Assembly (NCBI GenBank): GCA_964396375.1
Contig: CAYNEY010000018.1
Coordinates: 38,979-102,978 of the forward strand
Length of the DNA stretch: 64,000 bases
Source of the DNA: an uncultured Polyangiaceae bacterium
GTDB taxonomy: Bacteria; Myxococcota_A; Polyangia; Polyangiales; Polyangiaceae
Reading direction: 5' to 3'
Made by a program: the position numbers and the translations under genes. The first letter of the stretch is position 1, and the number at the start of each line of letters is the position of its first letter. This document shows, in pieces, positions 1 through 9,624 of the stretch. The notes beneath the pieces are model-generated. The model did not search any database and was not told where the DNA came from. It saw nothing but the letters and a program-made list of their open reading frames with translations.

Positions 1-771
1 CTGGGTAGAGGTCTTGTTCCACGTGGTGAAGTCCGCCATCACATCGCCTTCGACGCTGAACACATCTCCACCGATCCCGATGCCACCACCCACCTGTGTC
101 GGAAAGAAGCCATTCCCCGGCGAATTCAGGTTGGTACCGACCAGCGCCAAACTGAACATCTTGTTGGGCTGGATGGTGGCGCCCGCGTCGAAGCCAAACC
201 CCCGCGCAATCACCTCGTCCTCGAGTCCACCTGATGCCAGGCTGGGACCGAGTGGTCCATCACCATTCTGACGGAACGCGAGATAACGACCCAAGAGACC
301 AACCCGGAACACTGGAGAGAACGGGTAGGCAATGCCAAGACGCAGATCGGAGCCTCGCCGGTTGATTCCATCGGGATCCTGAACCGTGAACGCCCCGGCA
401 ATACCCCCAGCAAGACGCGTGCTGCTGGTGCTCGAGTCGACGATCGCAGCTCCGTAGGATTGGCGATCGGCCTCCGGCCAGATCCCAGCGAAGACCCCCA
501 CGTGGTAGACACGGTTGGTGGCCATGTTGGCCGGGTTCTGGAGGATGGCTGAGATCGAACTACCGATCGCGCGCGACGCCGACGAGAGCGCGGCGCTGCG
601 CCCCGTCTCGAGCGTCGCCCCATCCCAGCCGGTCTCGGAAGCAAGCCCGCTCTCGGCGAGGGCCGAAAGCGAGAAGGAAGACAAGATGAGCGTGACGGCG
701 AGAGCCGCGCGACGGCGACCCCGGGGACGCCACACGCTGGCCTCGAATGCGGACGACTGGCGAAATGGCAT
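1..771 (-). CDS. putative outer-membrane beta-barrel protein (partial, 3' end outside window)
   Basis: Absent from the ORF track because no stop codon lies in the window. Hand translation of the minus strand from the ATG at 771..769 stays open for all 257 codons down to position 1. It begins MPFRQSSAFEASVWRPRGRRRAALAVTLILSSFSLSALAESG (basic n-region, hydrophobic core, ALA-type cleavage site). Gly/aromatic beta-strand-like segments follow (GFGFDAGATIQPNKMFSLALVGTNL, GGGIGIGGDVFSVEGDVMADF). Confidence 0.6.
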   Translation of the reverse strand, partial: MPFRQSSAFEASVWRPRGRRRAALAVTLILSSFSLSALAESGLASETGWDGATLETGRSAALSSASRAIGSSISAILQNPANMATNRVYHVGVFAGIWPEADRQSYGAAIVDSSTSSTRLAGGIAGAFTVQDPDGINRRGSDLRLGIAYPFSPVFRVGLLGRYLAFRQNGDGPLGPSLASGGLEDEVIARGFGFDAGATIQPNKMFSLALVGTNLNSPGNGFFPTQVGGGIGIGGDVFSVEGDVMADFTTWNKTSTQ

Positions 772-943
772 CGTGCAGTGGGTCCTCCTACCCCGAGGCT
801 CCTTGGCCGGTCAAATTCTCTGTGGGATCCCGCTGGCTTTTCGAGGGGTGGCCCCCTTCTGAGCCAACTCTTTACCGGTCGCAACGGTCTGGGTAGGCTT
901 CGGTCTCGGTCGACCGCGCAATCTCGACCGGGGGAGCTCCGCC

Positions 944-2269
944 ATGGCTGACGTCATTTTGCACGCCTTCAATTGGTCGTACACCGAGATCGAAAAGAAC
1001 GCAGAGAAGATCGCGAACCTGGGTTACGGGGCGGTGCTCTTCCCTCCTCCGCTCTACTCTGACGAGACCGTGAAGGAGTGGTGGCAGCGCTATCAACCGA
1101 AGGACTACCGAGTCCTTCGCTCGGCCCTGGGACGACGCTCGGAGTTGGTGGCTGCCCTCACCGCACTCAAGCAGCGCGGTGTGCGTTGCTATGCCGATGT
1201 GGTCTTCAATCATATGGCCAATGAGGTGGGAACTCGCCGCGACCCGCTGGATTTCCCGGGACGTGACCTCTTGGCACGGTACGCGAAAGAGAGCGAAGAG
1301 TTCGCGCGTGATCGCCTGTATGGGGATCTTTCAGAGCCGTTGTTCGACGAGCGCTCTTTCCATCCACCGATCGGCATCGACAACTGGATGGATCCAGAGC
1401 GGGTCGCCGACGGTTGGTTGGGCGGGCTCCCGGACCTTTGTTTGAGCATCTGGGTGGTAAAGCAGCAATTGGCCTGCTTGGAAGCGCTCAATGAGCTCGG
1501 TTTCGATGGTTATCGGATCGACGCCATCAAGCACCTCCCCGAACAGCATATCCGCTCAGTCTTCATGAGTCCGGTACTCAAGGACAAGGTGGTGTTTGGA
1601 GAGATCCTAACCTTCAATGAGTCGGAGAATCAGGCCTTCCTTTGGCCAGCCGTGCGTGAGTCGACCATGGATTTCTATGACTTTCCCTTGCAGCAGACCA
1701 TGAAGCGCGCCTTCGGTCTCGGCGGCTCGTTGCGCGAGCTGGTCGCACCAGCCAATCACGGTCAGGCTCTACCTTGGGATCGCGCCGTCACGTTCGCCGT
1801 GACCCACGACGTCCCGAACAACGAGGGATTCCGGGGCATGCTGCTCGATCCGATCGATGAGGAGTTGGCGCTGGTCTACGTGATGGCACGCGATGGTGGC
1901 CTGCCTCTCATCTACTCGGATCACGGGGAGAGCGCGGCACAGTACCCGGCGGATGTGTCACGGTGGGACGGCTTATGGAAGCGTCCGGCCCTAGCGGGGA
2001 TGCTGCGCTTTCACAACGCGCTCTTGGGTGCGGCGGGACGCTGCCTCTTCGAGGACGACGGCTTCCTGGTGTTGGCGCGTGGCGAGCTCGGGATCTGCGC
2101 CATCAACAAGACAGGCTACCCGGTCACCCCCACACTCCGGTACCACAGCATGCGGCATGGTGACTACACATGCCAACTCCACGGGCACCGCATGACACTC
2201 AACCAGGATCCGTTCCCACTGTTGATTCCGGCTCGAACCGCCCAGCTTTGGCTGCTCGACAGACCTTGA
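944..2269 (+). CDS. alpha-amylase family glycoside hydrolase (GH13), no signal peptide
   Basis: 441-aa ORF with the GH13 conserved regions DVVFNHMANE, GYRIDAIKHL, VFGEILT and FAVTHD. The N-terminus HAFNWSY is typical of small cytoplasmic amylases. Confidence 0.88.
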   Translation: MADVILHAFNWSYTEIEKNAEKIANLGYGAVLFPPPLYSDETVKEWWQRYQPKDYRVLRSALGRRSELVAALTALKQRGVRCYADVVFNHMANEVGTRRDPLDFPGRDLLARYAKESEEFARDRLYGDLSEPLFDERSFHPPIGIDNWMDPERVADGWLGGLPDLCLSIWVVKQQLACLEALNELGFDGYRIDAIKHLPEQHIRSVFMSPVLKDKVVFGEILTFNESENQAFLWPAVRESTMDFYDFPLQQTMKRAFGLGGSLRELVAPANHGQALPWDRAVTFAVTHDVPNNEGFRGMLLDPIDEELALVYVMARDGGLPLIYSDHGESAAQYPADVSRWDGLWKRPALAGMLRFHNALLGAAGRCLFEDDGFLVLARGELGICAINKTGYPVTPTLRYHSMRHGDYTCQLHGHRMTLNQDPFPLLIPARTAQLWLLDRP

Positions 2270-2378
2270 CCTGGTCGCCTCCCCCGCCTTTCCATGTGGG
2301 TAAATGTCCGCCGGGACCGGGATCCCCCGACGAAAGAACGCTGACTCTTGGCGGTCGATACCTTAGGATGGTCGGATC

Positions 2379-5030
2379 GTGATCGGTAAACGGGTCGGGA
2401 ACTACGTGATCGACAGACCGCTCGGAAGGGGCGGTATGGGTTCGGTCTTCGTCGCCCGGCATCCGACCCTGGGCCGGGAGGTGGCGGTGAAGTTCCTCGA
2501 CGAAGAGCTGAGCGCTCATCCCGAGCTCGCTCAGCGCTTCTTGGAAGAGGCCAAGATCACGGCCCAGCTCCGACACCCGCACATCGTGGAGATCCTCGAT
2601 TTTGGCGAGCTGGAGGGACGCTTCTACACGATGATGGAGTTTCTGGTAGGTGAGGCGCTTTCTTCACACCTGCAGAAGCTGGGCAGGCTGCCCGAGAGCC
2701 AGGCGATCGAGTACCTGCGACAGATCTGCGCTGGCGTCGGCGCCGCACACCAGATGGGGATCGTGCACCGCGATCTGAAGCCCGAAAACATCTTCGTCAT
2801 GGAGCAACACCCCCTGTGCCTCAAGCTCCTAGACTTCGGGATCGCGAAGATCCTGTCACCCTCGCCGTTGGCTGGGGACGTGGGTCAGACGCGCCACGGT
2901 CAGCTACTCGGCACCCCCTCGCACATGGCACCCGAGCAGGCGCTCGGCCACACTGACCAGATCACCCCACGCACCGATCTGTACGCGATCGGGGTGATCG
3001 GCTACCGCCTGCTCACAGGGCGGCAGGTGTTCGTGCACGAGTCGCCGATGGTGCTGCTCTCGATGCACGTGCGTGATCCGATCGTGCCCCTGCGGTTCTA
3101 CTGCCCGGATCTCCACCCGGAATTGGCTCGGCTCATTGAGTCCTGCCTTTCCAAGTCTCCCGATGACCGACCGAGTTCGGCCGCCGCCCTCTCCCAGGCA
3201 CTGGTAGCCCTGAGCTCGCCCGAACTCACCGCGCCCATCCCAACGGGGATGACCGGGCCCGCGGCCACGGGGCTGGCCGAGGTCCGCTCACCATCACCCG
3301 CCGCACTGGAGCCATCTCTGCGCGCTCTCGCGCCTCCCGCTCCCTCCCTCGCACTCCGACAGGACACTCCGCGCTGTCTCTCACCAAGAGCCAAGAGCCC
3401 CCTTCCCGCTGGCCCCACCGCCGCCAGCGCGCCTGGTCCATCTGGTTCGATCGGGGGGTTGACGTCGGTCGAGGAGGGCATCTTGAACCGGCTCTTTTCT
3501 CGCATGAGGCAGCGCGGTGACTTTCCCGGCTTCCTCCAGCATATGGGAGAGGTTCAGAAGCGGGCGGATCATTCGAGCGCGTTCTCGGCGGAACAGCTGG
3601 CAGCGTCGATCCTCAAAGACTACGCACTCACGGCCAAGCTCCTCAAGGTCGTCAACTCCGCGTACTCGGCCCGGTTCCAGGGCAAGGTGTACAGCATACG
3701 CCACGCGATCGTGATCCTTGGTTTCGAGCGGGTGCGTGCTCTTGCCCTGTCGCTCAGCCTCTTCCAACCCTCGCCCAGCAACGCGCGCTCCGAGCAGAGC
3801 GCCGAGCGGAGCTCCGAGTCCGCGATCTCTGCGTTGGTCAGCGGTGAACTGGCTCGTGAACTCGCGACTCTGGCCCAGGTCTCCGACGCCGACCAGGCGG
3901 CGCTCGCCGCCATGTTCCAGAACCTGGGCCGACACCTGATCTTGGTCTATCTCCCCGAACACTACGACCAGATCCTCGCCCTCGCAGAACGACAGCTGGT
4001 CACACTGGAGGTCGCGTCCTTCCGAGTCCTCGGCATCTCATTCCAACGGATCGGCGCCGCAATCGGTGAGCAATGGCACCTGCCGGAACGGGTGCTCTCG
4101 TCCCTGTCCGATCACAGCGCCAACACTCAGCTCCCAAACAGTGAAACCGAAAGGCTTGGGGCCCTGGCACGACTCAGCAACGATCTGTGCGATTGCATCC
4201 TGCTCGAGGATCCAGAGCGCCAGAAGCAGGCCGCAACCGCGATCTTGGCGCGCTACCGCGACTTGCTCGTCCTCTTGCCCGAGGAGCTGGGCGAGCTCAC
4301 GCACAACGTGAACGCGACCTTTCGGATGCGTTACCAGTCACTGCTCGGCAGAGCCTCTGACCAGAGCCGGCTGCTCCGTGCCATCACTCAGCGCACCCAA
4401 CCTGAGACCCCAGGCTCCCGCACTGGGACGACCATGCAAAGCATATCCCTCGACGATCTTCTGCCGCAGCCGCCCACCTCTGCGAGCCGACCAATGCTCG
4501 CCGAGGCTCATGCCGCGTCCACAGAGGTGAAGCCGCTCAGCTTGGTCAAAGCCTCGAAAACACCAGCCGCTGCGCCAGCGCTCGGAGCGAGTACGAATCT
4601 GCTCGGTCTGCTCGAGGCACTGGCGCGCGCTCTCGGTGTGCCCAGAATCCTTGGGCTACGCGCCAACGCATCGAAGAGCCACCTCGAGCTGGTGCGCGGC
4701 GTGGGCCCGGAGGTGGAAGCTCTCCGCCCCATCTTGCGCTTTCCGATCCATCCCAACCGAAAAAACGGCGACGTGTTCTCGAGCGGCTACCACTCAGGAG
4801 TCGACGCACGGATCCGAGACGCATTCTCGGAACGCGCACAGGCCGTCGTTCCCCAAGCATACTACGAGCTCCTCGGCTCTCCAGCATTCTTGCTGATGGT
4901 CTGCGCGCACCGCGGTCACGGACCCACCCTCCTCGTGATCGACGCCGAGCGCGCCGAGAGTCTGCCCAGCCCTGAGGCGATTGCCCAACAACAGGCCCTA
5001 CGGCAGGCGATCGCCGTCTCGGTGGACTAA
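2379..5030 (+). CDS. Ser/Thr protein kinase fused to an HDOD-like domain and a GAF-like C-terminal domain
   Basis: 883-aa ORF with a GTG start. Hanks kinase motifs are present: LGRGGMGSV, VAVKF, HRDLKPEN, DFGIAK, MAPEQ. A Pro/Ala/Ser-rich linker follows, then an HDOD-like block (ILKDYALTAKLLKVVNSAYSARF...IRHAIVILGFERVRALALSLSLF). Confidence 0.9.
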   Translation: MIGKRVGNYVIDRPLGRGGMGSVFVARHPTLGREVAVKFLDEELSAHPELAQRFLEEAKITAQLRHPHIVEILDFGELEGRFYTMMEFLVGEALSSHLQKLGRLPESQAIEYLRQICAGVGAAHQMGIVHRDLKPENIFVMEQHPLCLKLLDFGIAKILSPSPLAGDVGQTRHGQLLGTPSHMAPEQALGHTDQITPRTDLYAIGVIGYRLLTGRQVFVHESPMVLLSMHVRDPIVPLRFYCPDLHPELARLIESCLSKSPDDRPSSAAALSQALVALSSPELTAPIPTGMTGPAATGLAEVRSPSPAALEPSLRALAPPAPSLALRQDTPRCLSPRAKSPLPAGPTAASAPGPSGSIGGLTSVEEGILNRLFSRMRQRGDFPGFLQHMGEVQKRADHSSAFSAEQLAASILKDYALTAKLLKVVNSAYSARFQGKVYSIRHAIVILGFERVRALALSLSLFQPSPSNARSEQSAERSSESAISALVSGELARELATLAQVSDADQAALAAMFQNLGRHLILVYLPEHYDQILALAERQLVTLEVASFRVLGISFQRIGAAIGEQWHLPERVLSSLSDHSANTQLPNSETERLGALARLSNDLCDCILLEDPERQKQAATAILARYRDLLVLLPEELGELTHNVNATFRMRYQSLLGRASDQSRLLRAITQRTQPETPGSRTGTTMQSISLDDLLPQPPTSASRPMLAEAHAASTEVKPLSLVKASKTPAAAPALGASTNLLGLLEALARALGVPRILGLRANASKSHLELVRGVGPEVEALRPILRFPIHPNRKNGDVFSSGYHSGVDARIRDAFSERAQAVVPQAYYELLGSPAFLLMVCAHRGHGPTLLVIDAERAESLPSPEAIAQQQALRQAIAVSVD

Positions 5031-5525
5031 CGTAAGTTTTTGCCATGAGGCAAATCCTGCCGCGCAGGTTCTCGACGGCCGGGTGAGCCGTCCCATCCTA
5101 TGCTGGGCTTTCGCGCAAGACGGAGATGAGCTTCCCTCTTGACGTCCTGATCAGCTTTGCTTGTCGCTCGAAAGCTGCCCTGCGGCGATGCTCATGGCAC
5201 GCGCAGCCAATTTGTCGCAGCTTTAGCGTGCACTGGGGCACATCATCGAACGGCGTCTCGGCACCGATTCCTTGGGCCATGGGTCCAAGCAACTTTTCCG
5301 CGACGGCATGGAGAAATGCATGTCAAGCATTGAACTTGCGCGTGTGACGGTGCTAGCTCGCGTCGCCGTTTGAAGAATGCAGCGCGGCGACTTCGAGATG
5401 CGAATGGCCGGTCGAGAACAGAACCAACTGGCATCGACAGGAGGGTCACGGGAGATGAGTCAGAGCGCGAAACTGGCCGAATGAGTGGTTCTCGGGGGAT
5501 CATGCCCGGGGGATATCCCCAGGCT

Positions 5526-5534
5526 TGTGGATAA
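5526..5534. promoter_or_regulatory. consensus DnaA box (TGTGGATAA = TTATCCACA on the other strand) upstream of dnaA
   Basis: Perfect 9-mer match to the classical DnaA box, 45 nt upstream of the likely dnaA ATG at 5579. It is preceded by the 12-bp palindrome GGGGATATCCCC at 5509..5520. I found only one perfect box. Confidence 0.55.
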
Positions 5535-5578
5535 CTTGTGGTGCTGTTGGATTGGTTGAAGGAATTGGTTCGAACTCG

Positions 5579-7033
5579 ATGAATTTTCCGATCGACATAC
5601 GGGACGCTTGGCAGACGGCTGTGGCCGACACCAAGAGTCGCTCCCCCTCGACGTTCGCGCAGTGGTTCTCAGGTGTTCAGTTCGACGGAATCGACGCCGG
5701 AGAACTTCGACTGGCGGTGAACAACGAGTTTGTCCGCGACTGGGTCCAGAATCACTACGTGGCCGAGTTGGTCCGTCACCTCGAGCAGAGCCTTGGGGGC
5801 AAGCTCCGGGTGGTGTTCCGAATCACCCGTGAGTCGCTCGATCCGATCGCCCAACCCGAACCCCCACCGCGTCCGCGCTCGGTCGCCCCCCCCGAGCAAC
5901 GGGAATCGAGTCAGCAGCGCCGTCGCTCCTTCCCTCCGCCTGGCCCAACACCCACACAACCAAACCTCTCGCTGGTGCGGCCGAACCGGCCCGCTACCAC
6001 CACGCGGCAGATGCTCGACCCAAAGTTCTCCTTCCAGAACTTCGTGGTCGGACCATCCAACGAGCTTGCCTACGCGGCCGCCCGTGCCGCGGCGGGAGGC
6101 GGGGGCCCAAAGTATAATCCACTATTTTTCGCCGGTGGCACCGGGCTCGGCAAGACCCATCTCGTGCATGCCATCGCCCATCAGATCCTCGATCAAAGGC
6201 CTTCGGCGCGGGTGGTCTACGTGTCCGCCGAACGCTTCACCAACGAGTTCATCGAAGCCTTGCAGAACCGCTGCATGGATGAGTTTCGCCATCGGTTCCG
6301 GGTCGAGTGCGACGTGCTTCTGGTGGATGACATCCAATTTCTCGCCGGTCGCGAGCAGACGCAGGAGGAGTTCTTTCACACCTTCAACGCGCTGCGTGAA
6401 CTCGATCGGCAGATTGTCGTCACCTCGGACAAGTATCCGAATCAGCTGCAGCGTATGCCCGAGCGGTTGGTCTCACGCTTCACCTCAGGCCTGGTGGCTG
6501 ATGTTCAAGTTCCCCAGCTGGAGACCCGGGTAGCGATCGTACGCACGAAAGCGTTGCTGGAGGGGATCGAGGTGCCCGACTCGGTGGCGGTGCTGTTGGC
6601 CCAGTGCATCAAAACCAATGTCCGCGAGCTAGAGGGTGCGCTGATCCGCCTGGCCGCAAAATCCTCTCTGATGGGCTGCGTGATCGACGATGGATTCGCG
6701 GAGCGTGAACTCCTCAGCGTCGGCTCACGGCGACCCGACACTGGAAGCGTCGAGGACATCAAGCGCGCGGTCTCTGAGCATTTTCGGTTGACCCACACCG
6801 ACCTGGTGAGCAAGGACCGCCACAAGAGCGTCGCGTTCGCGCGCCAGGTGGCGATGTACCTGTGCCGCCAACGGTTGAAGTGCAGCTTCCCTGAGCTGGG
6901 TCGAGCGTTCGGCAACCGCGATCACACCACGGTGATGAGCGCGGTACGTCGCGTCGAAGCCCTGCTCACCACCGATCCGAAGGTGAGCGCTCACTTAGAG
7001 GCGATCGAGCAGGAACTCGCGCAGTCCGAATGA
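5579..7033 (+). CDS. dnaA: chromosomal replication initiator protein DnaA
   Basis: The N-terminal domain begins MNFPIDIRDAWQ...FAQWF, followed by a Pro-rich linker. The AAA+ core has Walker A GGTGLGKTHL and Walker B LLVDDIQF, with sensor regions. The C-terminal DNA-binding helix is VAFARQVAMYLCR...LPELGRAFGNRDHTTVMSA. The track ORF starts at TTG 5525, which overlaps the DnaA box, so ATG 5579 is preferred. Confidence 0.95.
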   Translation: MNFPIDIRDAWQTAVADTKSRSPSTFAQWFSGVQFDGIDAGELRLAVNNEFVRDWVQNHYVAELVRHLEQSLGGKLRVVFRITRESLDPIAQPEPPPRPRSVAPPEQRESSQQRRRSFPPPGPTPTQPNLSLVRPNRPATTTRQMLDPKFSFQNFVVGPSNELAYAAARAAAGGGGPKYNPLFFAGGTGLGKTHLVHAIAHQILDQRPSARVVYVSAERFTNEFIEALQNRCMDEFRHRFRVECDVLLVDDIQFLAGREQTQEEFFHTFNALRELDRQIVVTSDKYPNQLQRMPERLVSRFTSGLVADVQVPQLETRVAIVRTKALLEGIEVPDSVAVLLAQCIKTNVRELEGALIRLAAKSSLMGCVIDDGFAERELLSVGSRRPDTGSVEDIKRAVSEHFRLTHTDLVSKDRHKSVAFARQVAMYLCRQRLKCSFPELGRAFGNRDHTTVMSAVRRVEALLTTDPKVSAHLEAIEQELAQSE

Positions 7034-7084
7034 CCTGAGGATGAATGGTGAGCACCGCGCGGAGGGCGGCCCCCAACTTGACCC

Positions 7085-8920
7085 TCAGCCGCCTTGAGCG
7101 CCGCCGTACATAGCCTCGGCGATCTCGAAGGTGGCCTGCTCGAGGACGTCGAAGGCTCGCTGCAGCTCCTCAATACTGCCGTTCTGATCGAGCAGCAACC
7201 TCAACGCCAGAACCTGCCCTTTCATCTCCACCACCTTCGGAGCCGGTAGAAGGTCACCGTAGCTGGTGAGTGCCTGGTCGGTGGTGTAAACCAGCGCCTC
7301 AGCCCGATTCCTGAGTTCGGCCAATTCACGCCGCACCTGGTCGGCTCGCTTGAACCGCTCCCCATCGCCCACCAGCCGCGCCACCTCTTCCTGGCTGAGG
7401 CCGCTGGTTGGCGTCACATCGATGGACTGCGAGTGACCGGTGCCGAGATCCTTGGCCTCGACCGAGAGAATTCCGTTTGCGTCGATTCGGAACGTCACCT
7501 GGATCTTCGGCACCCCCCGCGGCGCTGGCGGGATCTTGGTCAGTTCGAAGCGGGTCAGGCTTCGGTTGTCGGCTGCCATCTCGCGCTCGCCCTGCAGCAC
7601 ATGAATCGGGACAAAAGACTGGTTGTCGACGCTGGTGGTGAAGATCTCGCGCCGCTCAGTGGGGATGGTGGTGTTGCGCGGGATGAGCCGGGTGAACACT
7701 CCTCCACCGGTCTCGACACCAATGGAAAGCGGTGTCACGTCCAGCAATAGGACCTCATCGATCTGACCCTTGATCGCCGCACCTTGAATGGCAGCACCGA
7801 TCGCCACCACCTCATCCGGGTTCACCCCCTTGTGTGGCTCGCGTCCGAACAGCTCGCGCACCGCGCGTTGCACGGCCGGCATCCGCGTCATGCCACCCAC
7901 CAACACCACCTGGTGGATGTCGCTGCAAGACAGCTTGGCATCCGACAGAACACTCAGACACGAGCTGACCGTGCGCTCCACCAGGTCGCGCGTGAGGATC
8001 TCGAGCTCACTGCGTTTCATGGCACGTTGAAGGTGCAGGGGGCCGGCCGCCGACAAAGCGATGAAGGGGATGTTCACCTCGGTCTCGAGCGAGGAAGACA
8101 GCTCGTGCTTGGCCTTCTCAGCGGCCTCGCGCAGACGCTGCAGCGCGGTACGGTCGCGGCGCAAATCCACGTGGTGCTGCTTCTCAAACTCATTGGCGAG
8201 AAGGTCGACGATGCGATGATCGAAGTCCTCACCGCCGAGGTGGGTGTCCCCACCCGTGGCGCGCACACTGAAGACCCCACCATCGATCTCGAGGATCGAG
8301 ATGTCGAAGGTCCCTCCGCCCAAATCGAAGACCGCGATCCGCTCTGCGCCGGTCGACTCCAGCCCGTAGGCGAGCGCGGCCGCCGTGGGCTCGTTCAGGA
8401 TCCGCTGGACGTCCAAGCCCGCAATGCGCCCAGCGTCCTTGGTGGCTTGCCTTTGCGCATCATCGAAGTAGGCCGGAACGGTGATGATCGCCTCTTCGAC
8501 GGGCTCACCCAGAAAACGCTCCGCGATGCTCTTCAGCGATGCAAGGATGATGGCCGAGGTCTCGGGCGGCGAAAGGGTGTCGTTGTGAACCTTGATCCAA
8601 GCATCGCCGTTGTTGTGTTCCACCACCCGGTAGGGCAAAAGCGCGCGATCGTGCTCGACCGAAGGGTCGTCGAACTTCCTGCCCATCAAGCGCTTCACCG
8701 CGAAGACGGTGTTCTCGGCGTTGGTGGTCGACTGGCGTTTGGCGACCTGTCCCACCAGACGATCGCCGGCACCCGTGAACGCCACGACCGACGGCGTGGT
8801 TCGCGCTCCGTCAGCGTTGGGGATGACGCGGATGTCCGGCTGGCCCGAGACAGTCATCCCCTCCAGAACGGCAATGCAGGAGTTGGTCGTGCCAAGATCG
8901 ATGCCGATCACTTTTCCCAT
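7085..8920 (-). CDS. dnaK: Hsp70 family chaperone (DnaK paralogue or orthologue)
   Basis: 611-aa ORF beginning [18 protein letters not shown]. Other Hsp70 motifs are [25 protein letters not shown] and [12 protein letters not shown]. It lies directly downstream of grpE on the same strand. Confidence 0.93.
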   Translation of the reverse strand: MGKVIGIDLGTTNSCIAVLEGMTVSGQPDIRVIPNADGARTTPSVVAFTGAGDRLVGQVAKRQSTTNAENTVFAVKRLMGRKFDDPSVEHDRALLPYRVVEHNNGDAWIKVHNDTLSPPETSAIILASLKSIAERFLGEPVEEAIITVPAYFDDAQRQATKDAGRIAGLDVQRILNEPTAAALAYGLESTGAERIAVFDLGGGTFDISILEIDGGVFSVRATGGDTHLGGEDFDHRIVDLLANEFEKQHHVDLRRDRTALQRLREAAEKAKHELSSSLETEVNIPFIALSAAGPLHLQRAMKRSELEILTRDLVERTVSSCLSVLSDAKLSCSDIHQVVLVGGMTRMPAVQRAVRELFGREPHKGVNPDEVVAIGAAIQGAAIKGQIDEVLLLDVTPLSIGVETGGGVFTRLIPRNTTIPTERREIFTTSVDNQSFVPIHVLQGEREMAADNRSLTRFELTKIPPAPRGVPKIQVTFRIDANGILSVEAKDLGTGHSQSIDVTPTSGLSQEEVARLVGDGERFKRADQVRRELAELRNRAEALVYTTDQALTSYGDLLPAPKVVEMKGQVLALRLLLDQNGSIEELQRAFDVLEQATFEIAEAMYGGAQGG

Positions 8921-8977
8921 CGGAGACCCCGAGGATTACACGACCAGGACCAGAAAAGACATGTGAGTGTTCGAGGA

Positions 8978-9610
8978 CTAGGTGGGATCGCTCGGTGGCT
9001 TGGCCACGACCACCATCGCCGGCCGAATCAGTCGTTCACCAGCGCGGTAGCCCGCCAGAACCTCGGCGGCCACAGAGCCGGCCGGAAACTCTGTGGTTTC
9101 GAGTTGTTGAATAGCCTCATGGATGGTGGGATCGAAGGGCTGCCCAACTCCGGGCACGCGTTCGACACCAAGCTTGCTCAGCGCTTCCTGGAACTGTCGA
9201 TTGACCATCCCAATCCCGTCAGCCAAGGCCTGAACGTCGGTGGCGGCAGTGGCGTGGGCATGGGCCCGTTCCAAATTGTCGAACACCGGGAGAAGCTCAC
9301 GGAGTTGCTCTTCGCGGGCAGACTTCTCAGCGTCGGCGATCTCCCGGCGGCTGCGTTTTCGGTAGTTGTCGAAGTCCGCAGCCAGGCGAAGGATTTGGTC
9401 TTTGAGCCGAGTGACTTCGGCACGCAGCGTTTCGACCTCACTCTCGACCGGCGGAATGGGTTCAGCGCCTATCGCTCCCTCTTCGCTCGGCTGCACGGTG
9501 GGGCTGTCGGTGACTTGGCTCGGCTCTTCAGCACTGGACGGTCGGTCAGATGCAACTGTTTCCACGCCCCCACTATAGCCACTCTCCCCCGCCTGCCAAT
9601 GGGCAGACAC
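8978..9610 (-). CDS. grpE: nucleotide exchange factor GrpE
   Basis: 210-aa ORF with the GrpE signature LRLAADFDNYRKRSRRE and the C-terminal beta-domain motifs FDPTIHEAI and RPAMVVV. Confidence 0.9.
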   Translation of the reverse strand: MSAHWQAGESGYSGGVETVASDRPSSAEEPSQVTDSPTVQPSEEGAIGAEPIPPVESEVETLRAEVTRLKDQILRLAADFDNYRKRSRREIADAEKSAREEQLRELLPVFDNLERAHAHATAATDVQALADGIGMVNRQFQEALSKLGVERVPGVGQPFDPTIHEAIQQLETTEFPAGSVAAEVLAGYRAGERLIRPAMVVVAKPPSDPT

Positions 9611-9624
9611 CGAGACCGCTCACC

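Noticed and set aside
210-884. 224-aa minus-strand ORF at the left edge
   Set aside because: It is extremely Arg/Pro/Ser-rich and overlaps, in a different frame, the signal-peptide-bearing outer-membrane protein gene at 1..771.
5563-5576. GGTTCGAA T-loop-like motifs (here, at ~28722 and at ~14386) as possible tRNA genes
   Set aside because: No flanking 5-bp T-stem, acceptor stem or anticodon arm can be drawn around any of them.
5031-5578. Calling this spacer oriC
   Set aside because: Only one perfect DnaA box is visible by eye, with no obvious AT-rich unwinding element and no box cluster. It is reported as an open question rather than annotated as an origin.
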